A DNA stretch of 63,200 nucleotides, counting the filler, from Choristocarpus tenellus KU-1152 (taxonomy: Eukaryota > Protista > Phaeophyceae): NCBI GenBank assembly GCA_964200185.2. It is 10 parts of 10 records of this genome, joined end to end, with 100 filler letters (N's around TTAATTAATTAA, not from the genome) between each part and the next. Parts side by side here need not be neighbours in the genome. Positions count along the whole stretch, not along the records: positions 1 to 5,630 come from CAXNAD020010190.1; positions 5,731 to 9,007 come from CAXNAD020021092.1; positions 9,108 to 11,800 come from CAXNAD020025601.1; positions 11,901 to 23,479 come from CAXNAD020002235.1; 6 more parts are not named here. One strand, written 5' to 3'. The notes under the pieces were generated by a model that ran no database searches, was not told where the DNA came from, and worked only from the letters and a program-made list of their open reading frames with translations. The position numbers and the translations under genes are program-made. The stretch's first letter is position 1; the number at the start of each line of letters is the position of its first letter. This document shows, one piece after another, positions 1-13,200 of the stretch.

Positions 1-64
1 CCAAAATTACATCAAAATCGCAAAATTGGATTGTGGCCCCCAAATGGACGTGGCTCTACCCTCT
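1..64. mobile_element. MITE family 1, terminal fragment
   Basis: Matches the end of the 21257-21534 copy (ccaaatggacgtggc(t/c)ctaccctct). Confidence 0.7.
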
Positions 65-2413
65 TTTCAACTCAATTCAGAAAATATCCTAGACATACTT
101 GTAGAAAAGTCGAATTTTATACATATTTATCTGCCACCTTATGAGTAACTCCGCATATTGGACCTATATACTACAAATATAATCTTTGTTCCATACAAAG
201 TGGTCACCAATTTTGGTGGCCGCAGTCTTACAGTATGCGCATGGTCCCTGAGGACCAAGAACACACAATACACAATTCAGCTGAAAGAGGTGGGCACCCC
301 TCTTTGAATGTGCTTGTTGAAGATGTTTGTGTTTGGACCCGGTTGTAACCACACCAACCCTTATCACAATGACGCGGGATCCAACGTACTAGAAAACATT
401 GATTTCTCTTCGTATTAGTAATTCTGCAACGATTGGACGTCTCTGGTGACACACAGTACGACAATGTATAGTTACTAACAATGTGTTGTGCACTATATTG
501 GCTTGGGATGCAATATTGTGTACTATATTGGCCTGGAACATGGACATCAAACTAACTGTAAACACTATGTTGTGGAGATAAATAACATTGTGATGTATGG
601 CCATTGGGATTTGCTATCCCGATAAATATACTGCTTATATTATGTGTCAAGGCATCCATGACTTCGTGTATACAATGATTTGGATGTTGCGTGATTTTGA
701 TCAGTAGACCATATATCAGAATTTGGATAGGCAACAAGTCCTTTATCCCAGACCCGGGAACCTCACAGTTCTTGCAAGGCCTACACGATATATTGATTAT
801 TTCCCCCTTGCTCACTTTCCAGTGAGTGACCTATCTCCCAGTTCAAATGGAAGAGACGGTGGTTTTAAAGGGATGGCCAACAAGGCAGTCCATACTTCCA
901 ATATCCCCAGTTTGGGTGACAGTCCCCCTTAGAACCCTTCAACAGGCCTCCTACAACCCACCTAGCAATGACCTAAACAGGCAACCACCGTTCCTTCCGC
1001 TGTCTAACCCTTCTAACCCTACCACTGCCTCATAACCTTGGGAAGGCGTGTTTATTCGAGGGGGAGAGTCAACAGTGTAAATCCTATACTGAAGTTGAAG
1101 TTGAACTCTGGGGTTTAAGTGAGAGAGGACTTTCAATCTCCTCCTGAAGTCAAGCTGCAGTTTCTCTCGTATTATTACTTCGAAGTACTACAATTTTCTT
1201 TTGTTTCCAGCTACGTGTTGTGTTGGCTGTGCTTCTGGAGTTATACTTACTGCAAACGACACCACTTTAGTATTGCTGGCAGAGATAACAATGAGTAATT
1301 CAACGAGATGGTGCATGAGTCAAAACCAATAGATTGGTAGGCAGGTTTGGCCCCTTGTGCATCCTAAGCCATCTTCTTTGCCCTGTGCAATACACTCTTC
1401 TTCCATTGCTTTATGTGCACAGTAGTGTGCGTAAATTGATATTCCTCTTTCCAAACACAAAGAGACACCACGACTAAGCAAATGTTCTTGCTGCATTTTT
1501 ACAAAATGACGTCTTCTTGTCCTTTCTCGAGATCCTTAATATGCAACTTTCCCTACATCTCAATTTGTTTGGCTCCATCCCTTTACCTGTCTTCGTTGGG
1601 CAAATCCTGCGCAACTATACTCCACCCCAGCTTTTTATCCCTGAAGTACTGTCATAACAGATTGAATTATATACTGAAGAACACAGGGTATAATACTCTA
1701 CACAATATTATTGGCTTTTAATAGTATACAAAATAATGGTGTCCCTCGTAGTACTGTTTTTGAAGAGCTTCCAGGAGGAGGTGATAGGTAACATTTTGTG
1801 GAGAAGAGGGGCATCATCACATTCTTTTGTGGGAAAACTGTATTGTATCAATAATAGTAGCTTTAATCACTTTCGTTATTTGTTTATGACGTGTGATATC
1901 CTGTTAGAACACACACACTCCAAAGAGTACTAATAAAAGACGCAATATTAACAGTATTAATCGTCCCATAGTCCCGTTTCAGTTGTTTGGGGGCAGCAGT
2001 TTCACTCACACTTTGCATGTGCGGCTTGCGTACCGTGTGGCTGCACTTGTATAGTAGTTCACGAATTAATTGCTCATTGAGCTTGATGTTGCACATTGTA
2101 TTTGAGCTAGTTCGAAGATGACCACCGAGGCATTAAATACTTGGCTTCGCGTCCGCCGAGACCAAGCTGCCGTGAGCAGTCACGTAAATCAAAGTAATCG
2201 GAGACTGTCGTATGTGTCGGGAAGTTCAAGTCGAGGAAATAAAACACTACATTGTGTCAAGTGAGATCCAGGATCCTAGTGACAAAACGGATTTCGTCTT
2301 GACGTGGTAGATACATCCAGAACGCACTAAATCACTTCCTCATGTCGCCATCGTCCTTCTCGTCCTTCTCCTCCTTGTCGTCCCCTTCTCGGTCATCTTT
2401 CTTTATTTCACAG

Positions 2414-4583
2414 ACCAGATCCTCATAATCGTATCTTTTGGGGGGAAGAAAGTCTCCCTGATTGCATATGGAGGGGTGCTTACGAGGCGATAGAAACTAC
2501 GGAGATCGACGTTAATGCTGGAACACCACCATACCCTCCAGAAGATCTTGGTCATACAACAGATAGAAATGGCTGCAATGATGTCCTCGTAGCACAGCGA
2601 GCTTCTCGAGAGGGTGATTTGAGATTGTTAACACGACTTATACGTACTGGGGTCATGAAGATCACAAATGCGATTCTTTTTGAGGCCGTGCGAGTTGGTA
2701 ATCCAGCAGTCGTTGAGCTTATGATCATCCTTGGGCAAGAGAATGATATTTCGTTCCTAGGGTCCTTGAGAGATTGGTTCAAGGGTAAGCACGACTCCCG
2801 TCACCTTCCGCTTCATGTGGCATGCAGCCTACGATACTGCGACGTGTGTCATGCTCTTCTAACCTTCATAGACTCGTTCTACGATCAATCTGACCTGAAT
2901 ATAATCATTAATACCCGAGACCGGTGGGGAAGAACACCCCTGCATTTGTCAAGCTGGATCCCATATCCCCACTTTCGCAAGAAGGGACACCAGTGCATGA
3001 GGTAAGAGAAAGAGTACAAGGCACCTATTACTAGTGTACTTTGAGTAGTAGGCGTTTTCACCTGATAGAATGAGCGGAGGGTATTTTGAAGAGTATCGGT
3101 TCAGAGTGCACCAATTCCACCTACTTGTTGAAATGCATTTCGGGAGTGCTATCCTCGCGTACTGCGAGTAGTGATCCATTACCAGGAGGAAGGAGCGTTA
3201 GAGAGCAATTTAACATTGTTGCTACTGTTCGTCTGTCCGTGAACACTTAAAAAAGAGAAGGTAACACACTATAGTATGATATAACCGTTTTGTCGCAGCA
3301 TCCATGTGGTTGATGAGACGCTCGCAATGTCTGTTTTAGGAGAATGCTTACAAGGAGGTTCCTACTGGTCGAAACTGCTGGAGAATGGCTCGAAGGGAAA
3401 TTAAAGTTGTGTAAGGCTACACTGCCTTGGCACTCGATTAAGTGAAACCGGCATTGAAGAGGTGGTGTCTCAAGATGCTATAGGATCCTTCTAGTGACTC
3501 CATGATTTTTTTATGTTCTCATCTTGCAGGTTGTAACACACCCCGTATGAATATCCTATTTCACAGGGATCTCCTGCTTCATGGCGCTGAAGTTAATGTA
3601 CAAGACAAAGGAGGCTGCACACCCCTACACTGGGCATGTCGTGCAGCTGACTCTGTAACCATAAAGGTGAGGTGCAACTGGGGGGATTCCTTTTTCTTGC
3701 ACATATGTTGAGACAATGTTAAAGACGGTTAGCACAATAAAACAATAAAATAGGCTTACTTTAAAGTGAGATGCTAGACATATTGTGGTTCACCTGACAT
3801 GCCTTTTCTTCCCTTTCTTCTCTATCTTTTCACTGTCAACTGCAATGTGGGATGCAATATATCCACACATTGACCATTGCATGTCAAAGATGCTGTTGAG
3901 GGGGGGTGCAAATCCCCTTTTGGAAGATGATAAATACCGGACCCCCTTTGAGGCAGCCAGGAAGGAAGACAGGTGGGAGTAGGGTAGAGTGAGTGCAATA
4001 TGAGTATTATAATTGCAATAGTCCCACACACCACATATTCTAGCATAAATCTTGGAACAGTGAACGGTGTCCAGGTATTTCCCCCCCATTTTTGAATGAT
4101 TATGTCTCTTCTACAACATTGAGATCATAAGAACTTTCCTAGGTAAGCTTCTTTGCATACTGCATCTTGTCTAATTTCCCTCCACTCTTTCTTTTTGTTC
4201 CAAAATGCTTGCTGTAGCATGGTACTTTAAAGTAGATCATGTTCCTCCACCTCTGCTACCCCATTTTCTCATCATCCATTGCCTGTTGTTGTACCTCACT
4301 CAACAGGAGGGCTCTTGAGAGGATTTTTCGTGAAACCTTGGCACCTGCCACAATTCTCCGCCTGTATGCCCGACTGTCCTCCCGGAGGTTTGTTACCAGT
4401 GTCCTTCAACACTTCCTCTCGAATAAGTGTAGGACTTGTCATGTACGACCCTCAGACAAATGCAGGCAGCAGATGAGGGACGACTTTGCAGGGTGGTTGT
4501 ACACACATCGGAGGTGGCCAAGGGCGGGAATTGGTGTGGGTGACGGGGAAGAATGGAGGAAGTTGGGTGAGGAGCAGCCGTAG
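2414..4583 (+). CDS. Ankyrin-repeat protein, multi-exon (exons ~2414-3001, 3567-3666, 3890-3972, 4307-4583); 5' end uncertain
   Basis: Ankyrin motifs RDRWGRTPLHLS, GAEVNVQDKGGCTPLHWAC and GANPLLEDDKYRTPFEAA. GT-AG junctions join in frame to the stop at 4583. Confidence 0.8.
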
Positions 4584-4619
4584 GGAAATAGAGGGACGTT
4601 TTGGGGTGTATTGACAATG

Positions 4620-4878
4620 GAGCCAAAGTATCTTAGAGAGTAGAGTCCCGTCCATTTGGGGGTCAAAATCCAATGTTGCGATTTTGACGTAATTTTGGCT
4701 ATCGTGTTTGTTACGAAGTGTCAATATCCGTGGTTCCGGACACACTTTTTCATAACATGTACATTTTACATACTTCTAAATATTTTGGAGTAGAAAAATG
4801 ACATTAAAAAACCGTGGGAAACCAAGCCCCAAATGGACAAACAGGGAAAAACTCGTACCCTCTAAGATACTTTCACTC
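4620..4878. mobile_element. MITE family 1, complete copy
   Basis: TIRs gagccaaagtatcttagagagta / taccctctaagatactttcactc, flanked on both sides by AATG (candidate 4-bp TSD). Confidence 0.85.
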
Positions 4879-5590
4879 AATGGGGGCAATAAGTTGAGCA
4901 GTAGGAAGGGGTAAGTCAATAGCAGGGGGGTGAGCAATGTTGTGTGATGAAATTGAGGAGGGATAGAGGACAAGGGAATGATATTATGTTATAATAGGAA
5001 TGAGGAAGAGGAGAAGGAGAGATGGGAGGAGGGAGGTACAAGATGAGTGTGAGAGATGGAATTGATTTGGGTAGTTTTGGAGATTCAAATTTAACGCAGA
5101 CTCTTGTCGGGGAGGCACAGGGGAGGAGGGTACCACCACTGACGAGGAGAGGGCTTGTGGAGTCTTGTGGACTTGAAGAAGTGCTTTTGTATGACAAAGC
5201 AATGGTGCCTTATGTCTTCAGTCACTGTTTTCTTATTTACCTGCTCTAGATGTTACGGGTATTTAAGGGGAACAGGTTTGTGGTAGGTGAGCGATATGCA
5301 TGCCTTGGGGGCTCATTGTAGTGCAATAAACAAGGCTCACACCCAGCAGTGCTCCTTCAAGTTGTAGCAGCAGGAGACATGTGGGGAAAGGGAACCCCCA
5401 GGTAGCAGGTGATCTGTACTCACTCTTGTTACCATTCTGTTCACGGAATGTATAATTTGTGGTAGACATCAGAGAGACCTTCGAGTAGTACTCGTACCAC
5501 TCCTCTATGTCATAGTTCAGGCAGGGGGTTCTGGCGAGGATACAAGGAATGAGACACGGAAAGAATATATGCAATTTTGGCACAACATAT

Positions 5591-5630
5591 GGCTCAAAGT
5601 ATCTGGGAGGGGGTGGCGGCTGTCCATTTG
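5591..5630. mobile_element. MITE family 2 end at contig break
   Basis: ggctcaaagtatctggg...gtccatttg matches the reverse complement of the right end of the 31119-31300 copy. Confidence 0.7.
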
Positions 5631-5730
5631 NNNNNNNNNNNNNNNNNNNNNNNNNNNNNNNNNNNNNNNNNNNNTTAATTAATTAANNNNNNNNNNNNNN
5701 NNNNNNNNNNNNNNNNNNNNNNNNNNNNNN
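5631..5730. other. Artificial contig linker N44-TTAATTAATTAA-N44 (also 9008-9107, 11801-11900, 23480-23579, 26573-26672, 30638-30737, 33272-33371, 45306-45405, 57277-57376)
   Basis: The same 100-nt spacer, with stop codons in all six frames, occurs nine times. Confidence 0.98.
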
Positions 5731-7429
5731 CTTACGTGGGTTCGCTTCCATACCAATGAGGCTCATAACCTATGCAAAAGAGAGCTATTTCCAACAGAAT
5801 ATTTCCTTTACGTGGTATGGATTTACTTATTAGCGGAGTGAACACTATTCCTTGAGGTGGAGGGTGCTCTCTCTTATTGTCTTATTGCACATGTCAGCAG
5901 ACAAATCAATATGTGTCCTGCCGTCGGTTGAACTATGTCATTCGTCCTGTGTCACTAGTACTACGCCGGTAATCCTCCGTCAATCCATTTATATCTAGTA
6001 ATAAGAAATCTATCATAAGAGATTCAAACCTATTACTCTAAGCACATAAAAACAAGTCAATGACACTTATTCCACTTAGTCAACATTTCTGTTGCCTAGC
6101 AGTGGCCACTAAACAGATATAAACCATACAGACTACCTAGTCTATATTGCACACTAATTGATAATTGTATTCTCTTCTACAATGATTTTTTTCCTAGAAT
6201 AGTTTAGGGTTAGGGTTTTGACCACAGTAAAAAGACAGAGTCTTCTCTTTGCAGTCCTCAAGATGTAGCACAAGGGATGCACACACGCACCACACCATAC
6301 CAGGTTGAGTAGACACAAAACAACAGGTTACTCACAAGCAAGAAGCTGACTCAGTCACAGAGTTTTGTCAGTTTTTTTCCACCTCAGAAACTTTAATGTA
6401 CGAGCATAGCTACTAAGAAATTGAGACTTCACTTGAAAAAGAATCCATGCAGTATTTCCTTTCTGAAGGCACATTTCATGTAAGGCTGGACTATTAGTAG
6501 TCTTACAGCATGCATCAATAAGAGTACGTAGGGGCCGATTTTGGGGTAGGTTACGGGACAAAAAATTGAAAGCTCCCCATTTCTGATGAACCAAAAGTGA
6601 GCGATCAGGACATAGCATGAGATTTCAATCTCTGACAGTATGCACTATTTCACATACACACTCCAATCAATACGATGGTTCCTTGCAGTGCTGACATCCA
6701 TCTCAAATCAGCGACCAATGCTATGTTAGACACAAACAAACTTCCAACTGATGTCAGCACTGCAAGAGAGTAATGATGCCGGCAGAGCAAAACATACCAT
6801 CATTCCCACCAAATTCATGCCGGTTGACTGAGAGTCTTTTCTCATTTTAAACACATAACTATGCCACCTTTCTCAGTCATATCCCAGTGGTCGCCTGCAT
6901 ATATTTATCATGTGTAGCAAAGATAAGCAGAGAGCCACAGAAGCTCCTCTTATGTGAAGGAAGAAGCAAAAAACCCTGTCTCATCTCCTCACCCCCCACC
7001 CCCAGCTATGCACAAAGAATACACCCAGCTTTGTGCACACCCTGACTACCAACAAATACTGCATTCATCCATTCCTGAGGTTAAAAAACGTATGCAGCAG
7101 CAGCCTTTTTAGGGCTCAATCTTATCTCACCCTGCTCTACGCTCCTTGAAGCACAGCAAGCAAAGACTAACAACAAAAATGGAAGAAAAACAAAAAATGT
7201 CAACTGTACCTGAACTGTGAGTCGAGAGGCATCACTCCATCCATCTCACGCAGCACACACCTCTTCTTCCATCTCGGTTTTACGCCAATGCCACTCAAAA
7301 CGCGCACAACAACACATCAACATCACAATGGTGTCAACACCACAGCACTGCATGATATAAAGGATTAATCGCCAAGTGCCTATCACAACAAGAATACTGA
7401 GGATAACTATCATGCATAGCTGCATCCAG

Positions 7430-8962
7430 TTAATCCCATTCACCATCACTCCACGCCCCAATATCACCAACAATATCCGGATCAGACATACCACCCTCCC
7501 CCACACCACCATTAGCTCCAGTCGCACCTCCACCACCCTTCATCCCACGTTGCTCAGTCCTGTCACGAACCTTTGACCTGCCACCCTTCTTTTTTAGGGT
7601 TTTCTTCTGGACTGGGAAATTGGATGCCCTCTCCTCGTCCTCGTCGTCGTCCTCCTCCTCCTCCATGCCCTCTAGCCCTCTTTCATTCTCACCCATCTTC
7701 CTCTTGCTCGCCCTCTCCTTCCCCAATATTGACACAGGAGGATGGCCTAGGACTGATCCAGAATGCTCACTGTGGTGAGGGTGTGTGTCAATATTGACCT
7801 CATCTGCCGACTCTATCTTTGATTCAGATGCACCAAGGCGCTCACACATGCTTGGTACTCCCTTCATTATATTTTTCACCAACACACACAGGATAAATAA
7901 AAGTCAAAGGGTTATGGGGTGGTTAAGCTAACTGGAAGATATTTTGCTAATGATCTCCATTGATCAATCACTGCATACCGTATACTATATACGATATACG
8001 GTATATGATCGTATATAGTATAATATATACTACATACACTATACTACTCATTATCTGCGATCAACAAACATTTATGCATTCCGGAGAGAACCACCAAACA
8101 CACCTTGCCTCCGCTCAATTTTGTTTTTGTAGGCATATCTACATACACACAATATGTATCTGTATGAAAAAACACAGGCAATACTACGACTAGGTATAGC
8201 AAGTTGCAGGCAGTCCAATACGAACAGCACATTTCCAACATTAAAGAAAAACTTCGAAAAAATGACAGGTCACAATTTTAATTGAGTGAGTGAGGTTTAA
8301 AACACTACATTTAACCCTAACCCTAACCCTAACCCTACACGATATTTTGATAACAGAACAGGATAAGAGATGCGAAGTGCAACCAACCTAAAAGGCTCGA
8401 AACAATCAAAGGAGAGGTAGGAGACGGACAAGTACACAACAGGATTGATCGATAAGCTGCGCCTGCACAAGACACACTCAAACACACTTCTAATGTGCGA
8501 TTGAAGGGGAGATATATATTTATTTCTAGTCCGTCAAGGCTTGACACCTCTCCTCTATGTTCTCTACATTGTTAACCTCAACCTTAACCCTAACCCTAAG
8601 TACTAAACAAAAAAAAGGTGATAAATGGGAGTAGAACACCTTAGGCGCATCAACAGCTCATATTCTACTGAGATAGAAAAAAAAAATAGTAAAAAGAAGA
8701 TGAAATCAGCGACAGAGCACATCAACCCAATACACACACCATCAACAACCCCGCCCCCCCTTAGAAGACATTATACAGCTTAGAATGCAACTAAACAGAG
8801 GGTTAACATTCTCATCGCCACCGGCACCTCTGGCTTGAGGACCTCAAGGTCTTGGGCATCGGATGGACTAATGCCCATTTCAGTACGTCTCACTGCTGCC
8901 CAGGAAGCTCTTGCCTCTAAGGTCTCTATCAAACCCCTAGTCATCATGCGCCACTTGGAGAC
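7430..8962 (-). CDS. NOC2L: Nucleolar complex protein 2 (NOC2-like), last two exons (8962-8828, 7861-7430)
   Basis: VSKWRMMTRGLIETLEARASWAAVRRTEMGISPSD resembles the end of the Noc2 domain. It is followed by an acidic/basic tail ending DIVGDIGAWSDGEWD*, like Noc2 DIVED...SD termini. The phase-0 GT-AG splice is in frame. Confidence 0.65.
8312..8336. repeat. Interstitial telomere-like (TAACCC)n; also ~8585-8598, 37641-37666, 6205-6217, 15573-15587
   Basis: Direct reading of 2-5 TTAGGG/CCCTAA units at each site. Confidence 0.8.
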
Positions 8963-10339
8963 CTTCAGTATACACACACCGGGGGGGGGGGGGACTGTAA
9001 TGGGAAANNNNNNNNNNNNNNNNNNNNNNNNNNNNNNNNNNNNNNNNNNNNTTAATTAATTAANNNNNNNNNNNNNNNNNNNNNNNNNNNNNNNNNNNNN
9101 NNNNNNNCAAGGGGGGGCGGCACGGGGGAGGGGGGGGGGGGGGGGAGAGAGCTTGCTCGGAGGTTTTCTTGTTCTAGCCCCTCCTCGTCTTATACCACCA
9201 GCCCTCGGTTTTCTTTACATACTGACCATTCCTTCTTACCTTGTGCCTCCACCTACCAACCACTTCTTTAATTTCTCTCCGGCCTCTTCTACCTCCTAAT
9301 CACTCAGTACTTAACTCTTCGTTCACTCCTTGACTACGTTTTCTTTTTCCTTCCTCACCTCTCCCTCCCCCGTACTACATTACCACCAGAATTCTTCCGC
9401 CCACAAAACTCAGAATACTTCATAAACTTTCCCGTGTAAATTTTTGTGAGGTTACATTGTTCAAACTGTTGTGATGGTAGACTTTCGATTTTCCCAAGTT
9501 GGCGAAAAGCTTGAAATTCCCGAATTATTCGCTGCAGGTAGTATAGTTTGATGCTTACGGAGTTTACGTTGGAAAACAGAAGCAAGGTTGAGAGGAGAAA
9601 AAGTGGTGGACATGTCTCCAAGACGAACTTGACAACTAACTTGGGGAGTGGTGATGGGGATTGGAGTACTATAGTCATTAACCAACAGGAGTAGGAGTGG
9701 TACATTAGCCCAACATGAAGGTTCGTTCATGGCAAAAGGATTTTCGAAGGGAGCTGTGATACCTAATGTACGTCACGTCAAAGCAGCAGGTAAGGTCGCC
9801 CAAGCCACCAACACCACTACCATCACTATCTGTTACATGCTTCTACCTTTTTTAGACTATTCTCTTGGATCCTATGTTAATTTCCTTTATTATCTTCCAC
9901 CTCTAAAATGTTTATAGGAGTGGTAGAATTATTCTCCTGAGAGTTCTATTCTAACAGGTAATTTTTTCTTATTCTTTCACTGTTTTTTTGTTAATAATCT
10001 ATGGTCTGCCATTTCTCCAACAGCAATATATTTTTCCTTCTTTTAATTGTGCTTTCCAACAGAGATCTGAGATCCTCAGACCAATGTGATAATAACTAAA
10101 CGATATTGATGACCATCGTGATGATATTATGGAGGCATAGGAGGGGAGTAGTGTAGCATAGCTAGTAGTCAAAGAGGAACAGAAAAATATCTTTCACATT
10201 TACGACAACTGTTACTTTTACAGGGCTTCTTATTATACTGAATTGGCTTTTCATTGGTTTTTCCCCTGGTACATCTGCAAAATATCAGAGGGCATAATAA
10301 TATATGAAGGGATGTGTGGCAATGACTCTCTTCGCCTGC

Positions 10340-11733
10340 AGACATACCAACAAGTAAAGGCACAGATGCCCACAAGTTCGGGGGGGTTGGGCCTATCCTC
10401 TATGAAGTATCACCAACATGCAGCCTTCGTAGAAGCAGCGGTGGTTACTCTCCCCACCCTTTTAGCAAGGCAACAAGGGCCTCATGGAGAGTCTTCTAAG
10501 AAGCTACTTGTGCGAGTCTCACAATAAGGGCCCTGGGACCATCAGTCCACACCCTCCTCTCTACTGGAGTCCCTTTAGAAGATTTGGTGGGAATTATTGA
10601 CCAAGGCTGGGTAACCTAAGGGGGAACAACATCCCACGCACCTGCCCCAGAGGTCCACACTCTGGCAGCTCATGGTGCCCGGATCACAAGGAAGGCACAA
10701 CACGAGATCACCCGCCTCCTAAACAGGATCTGTTTTGACTCCTTCCAAACCCAATTAGCCGCCTTACCTAATGAAGTGGAACAAGGGAAGGAAAGTTCCT
10801 CGCTAGCCCTAGCACGCCACTGGAGTCAGTGTGGACAAGGGGCAAATGCATGGGCCTCAACACAACCCCTGGAGCCGGCATGGCAGATCCCCCCATAGAG
10901 TTTGGACTCCCTGCCAGCAGATCCCTAAGGAAAGAGTAGGCCCTATCGAACAGGTGCCCAGTGACTAGGTGCAGGAAGCACAATGTAAGCACCCGACATG
11001 CATGTACCTGCCGTAGGGAAGGAGGACAGGTTCGCCAACACACACCGATGGTGAAGAATCTTAGTCAACTCTGCAAAGGAATGGACATCCCTTGCACTAT
11101 GGAAGATGGTAGCCCATTTACAGTGGACCGGAATTTCCACACGGATCTGGTCTTCCATGCTGGGGCACTCGCAGACTTCGGATCAGCTCCCTACTGGGAC
11201 AAAGGCCTCTCCTTCTAGATGTTACGTTTGCAGAAGTGCAGGCAGTCTCCCATCTACCACACTAATCCACCAGCAATGGTGTAGCTGATGCTGCAGCTGA
11301 GGCACGAAAGCGCACTATCTATGAGGACTCTTTTGACTCTCATAGTTATAACCTCGACACCTTCATAGTGTAAGGTTTTGGGTGGCTCGGTAAGAAAACG
11401 AAAAAAATTCTGGATGAGTTAGCTAGGGGACAGGAGGCTACAACAGAAAAGGGGCTATCAAATCCTGTCTACAACAGATAGTTTCAATCACAACGCAAGT
11501 AGCCCTATCCAGATGTGTCATGCGTTTTAAGCTGGAGACACCAGGGAGGTGTGGAAGGAGAAGTTTGTTAGATTTGTGGGATGATGCTTCCCTAGCCCCT
11601 CACCCTGGGGTGCAGGACTAAGTTAGGTTGGGGGTACAGAAAGGGAGCGGTGTAGCATAGCTGGCGGTAAAATAGTAAAATGGATTAATGTCTTTCACAT
11701 TTATGACAAGTGTTACTTTTTAGGGGTTCTTCT
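10340..11733 (+). mobile_element. Degenerate RLE-type (CRE-like) non-LTR retrotransposon, 3' part
   Basis: Post-RT motif QMPTSSGGLGLSSM..HQHAAF, zinc-knuckle-like HACTCRREGG..RQH, then LLLDVTF and GFGWLGKKTKKILDELA of a restriction-like endonuclease. Contains stops and frameshifts. Confidence 0.7.
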
Positions 11734-11900
11734 GGGTCAAAGTATCTTGGGGGGGGGGGTGGTTTATGAGGGGGCGGCCGTTTTCGGTCCACCCACTCTT
11801 NNNNNNNNNNNNNNNNNNNNNNNNNNNNNNNNNNNNNNNNNNNNTTAATTAATTAANNNNNNNNNNNNNNNNNNNNNNNNNNNNNNNNNNNNNNNNNNNN

Positions 11901-11957
<57 letters not shown>

Positions 11958-12399
11958 CGTTGAAGCATGGGTGGGCAGCTACAGTAGGGTTAATATTCAT
12001 ACATAGCACTTGGGAGGCCTTGGTTGTTTATTGCTGTGAGCATGGGCGTAGAAGAGGGTTGAAGGGGAGAGAGGCGTGTCAAGGAGTGTGATGATTTGTT
12101 GGTATAAATAGGCTGTCTTTAGTCTGATCTCAGATACTTTGTATGCAGGAAAAGGGTGGGGGGGGATGGGATGTGAGGATATAGGTGGAATATTATATGG
12201 TATGTGACTAGTGCTCTCTCTCCCTCTCTCCCTCTCTCCCTCTCTCTCTCTGGGCATGCACTGGGAAGGATGAATATTTTTTTTTTTGGCACTCGTAGAA
12301 AAAAAAAATGTTTTTTTTGGGGGGGGAGGGATTGACATCTGTCTCTGCTGCGTTTTGTTTTTCCGACTTGGATTGGGAAGGAGTTGATTCCTTGGGAGG

Positions 12400-13200
12400 T
12401 GAATGTTTTTTTCTGACCAGTTGTCTATGGTGTCATTGACCCGGGGATTGCTTGCTCATTTGATTGAGGAGAGCTGCCCCAGGCAGTTGAAGCAAGGCCG
12501 AGCTAAGTCAAGAGTTGGATGCATGCCTGGTACTTCCTATTTAGTTGAAAAAAAAAGTAGTGTTTTTTGTGTTGAACTCATTGTCGTTGGGTGTATTCCA
12601 ACTTACCATTGTTATGATCTTGAGAGTATAAATGTGCACCTTCCGATTCTCGCAATCTGTCTTCCACAGCACTCTGTGTGGAGGGAAGTGAAACTGAAGC
12701 TCCCGCAGACGGACTTTCTCCTTTGTCTTATCTTTACGTGGAAGAGTGGAGGGCAGTATTCATGGGATGTGCTCACACAGTTGTTGTCTCTCACTAGGTA
12801 TTGTCACTTTGAGGTACTGAGTTCAGAAAGGGTACAAGGTCAACCACTGACGAAGGCCTGTGGTTTGAGGCTCACTGCATAATAGCTCGTGGATATGGAT
12901 AGGAAAAGGTGTGTCGTAAAGGTCTAAGATGTCACGTAACCGTTACGTGACCACAGGTGTGAGCTTGGATAGAAGCAGTTGATTGCTCTACTTGCTCTGT
13001 GCCAAGGGGGATCTCTCTCTGTCTCTCTCTCTCTTGTCATCATTGGGGGATCACTTGGTCAAATCCATTCCTGGAACGATCACACCAGTAGGTAGATTCG
13101 TGCTAGTGGTGAGGATTAATATTAATGCAGTTTCAGGTATCCCACCATTTCAAACTGCAAGTAACCCCTTGTTTGTGTAGGTTGGGTGAGAACAGTGTAG
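12400..13200 (-). mobile_element. Decayed Ty1/copia reverse transcriptase remnant
   Basis: Degenerate TLDLARP..LGQLS...SNP resembles the copia TRPDLA..v.qLs.f.SNP motif. Many stops. Confidence 0.35.

Noticed and set aside
164-815. Possible piggyBac transposase C-terminus (Cys-rich)
   Set aside because: Too degenerate to support without a profile search.
5631-5730. Recurrent TTAATTAATTAA as a biological motif
   Set aside because: It is always centred in N-runs of fixed length, so it is an artificial concatenation linker.
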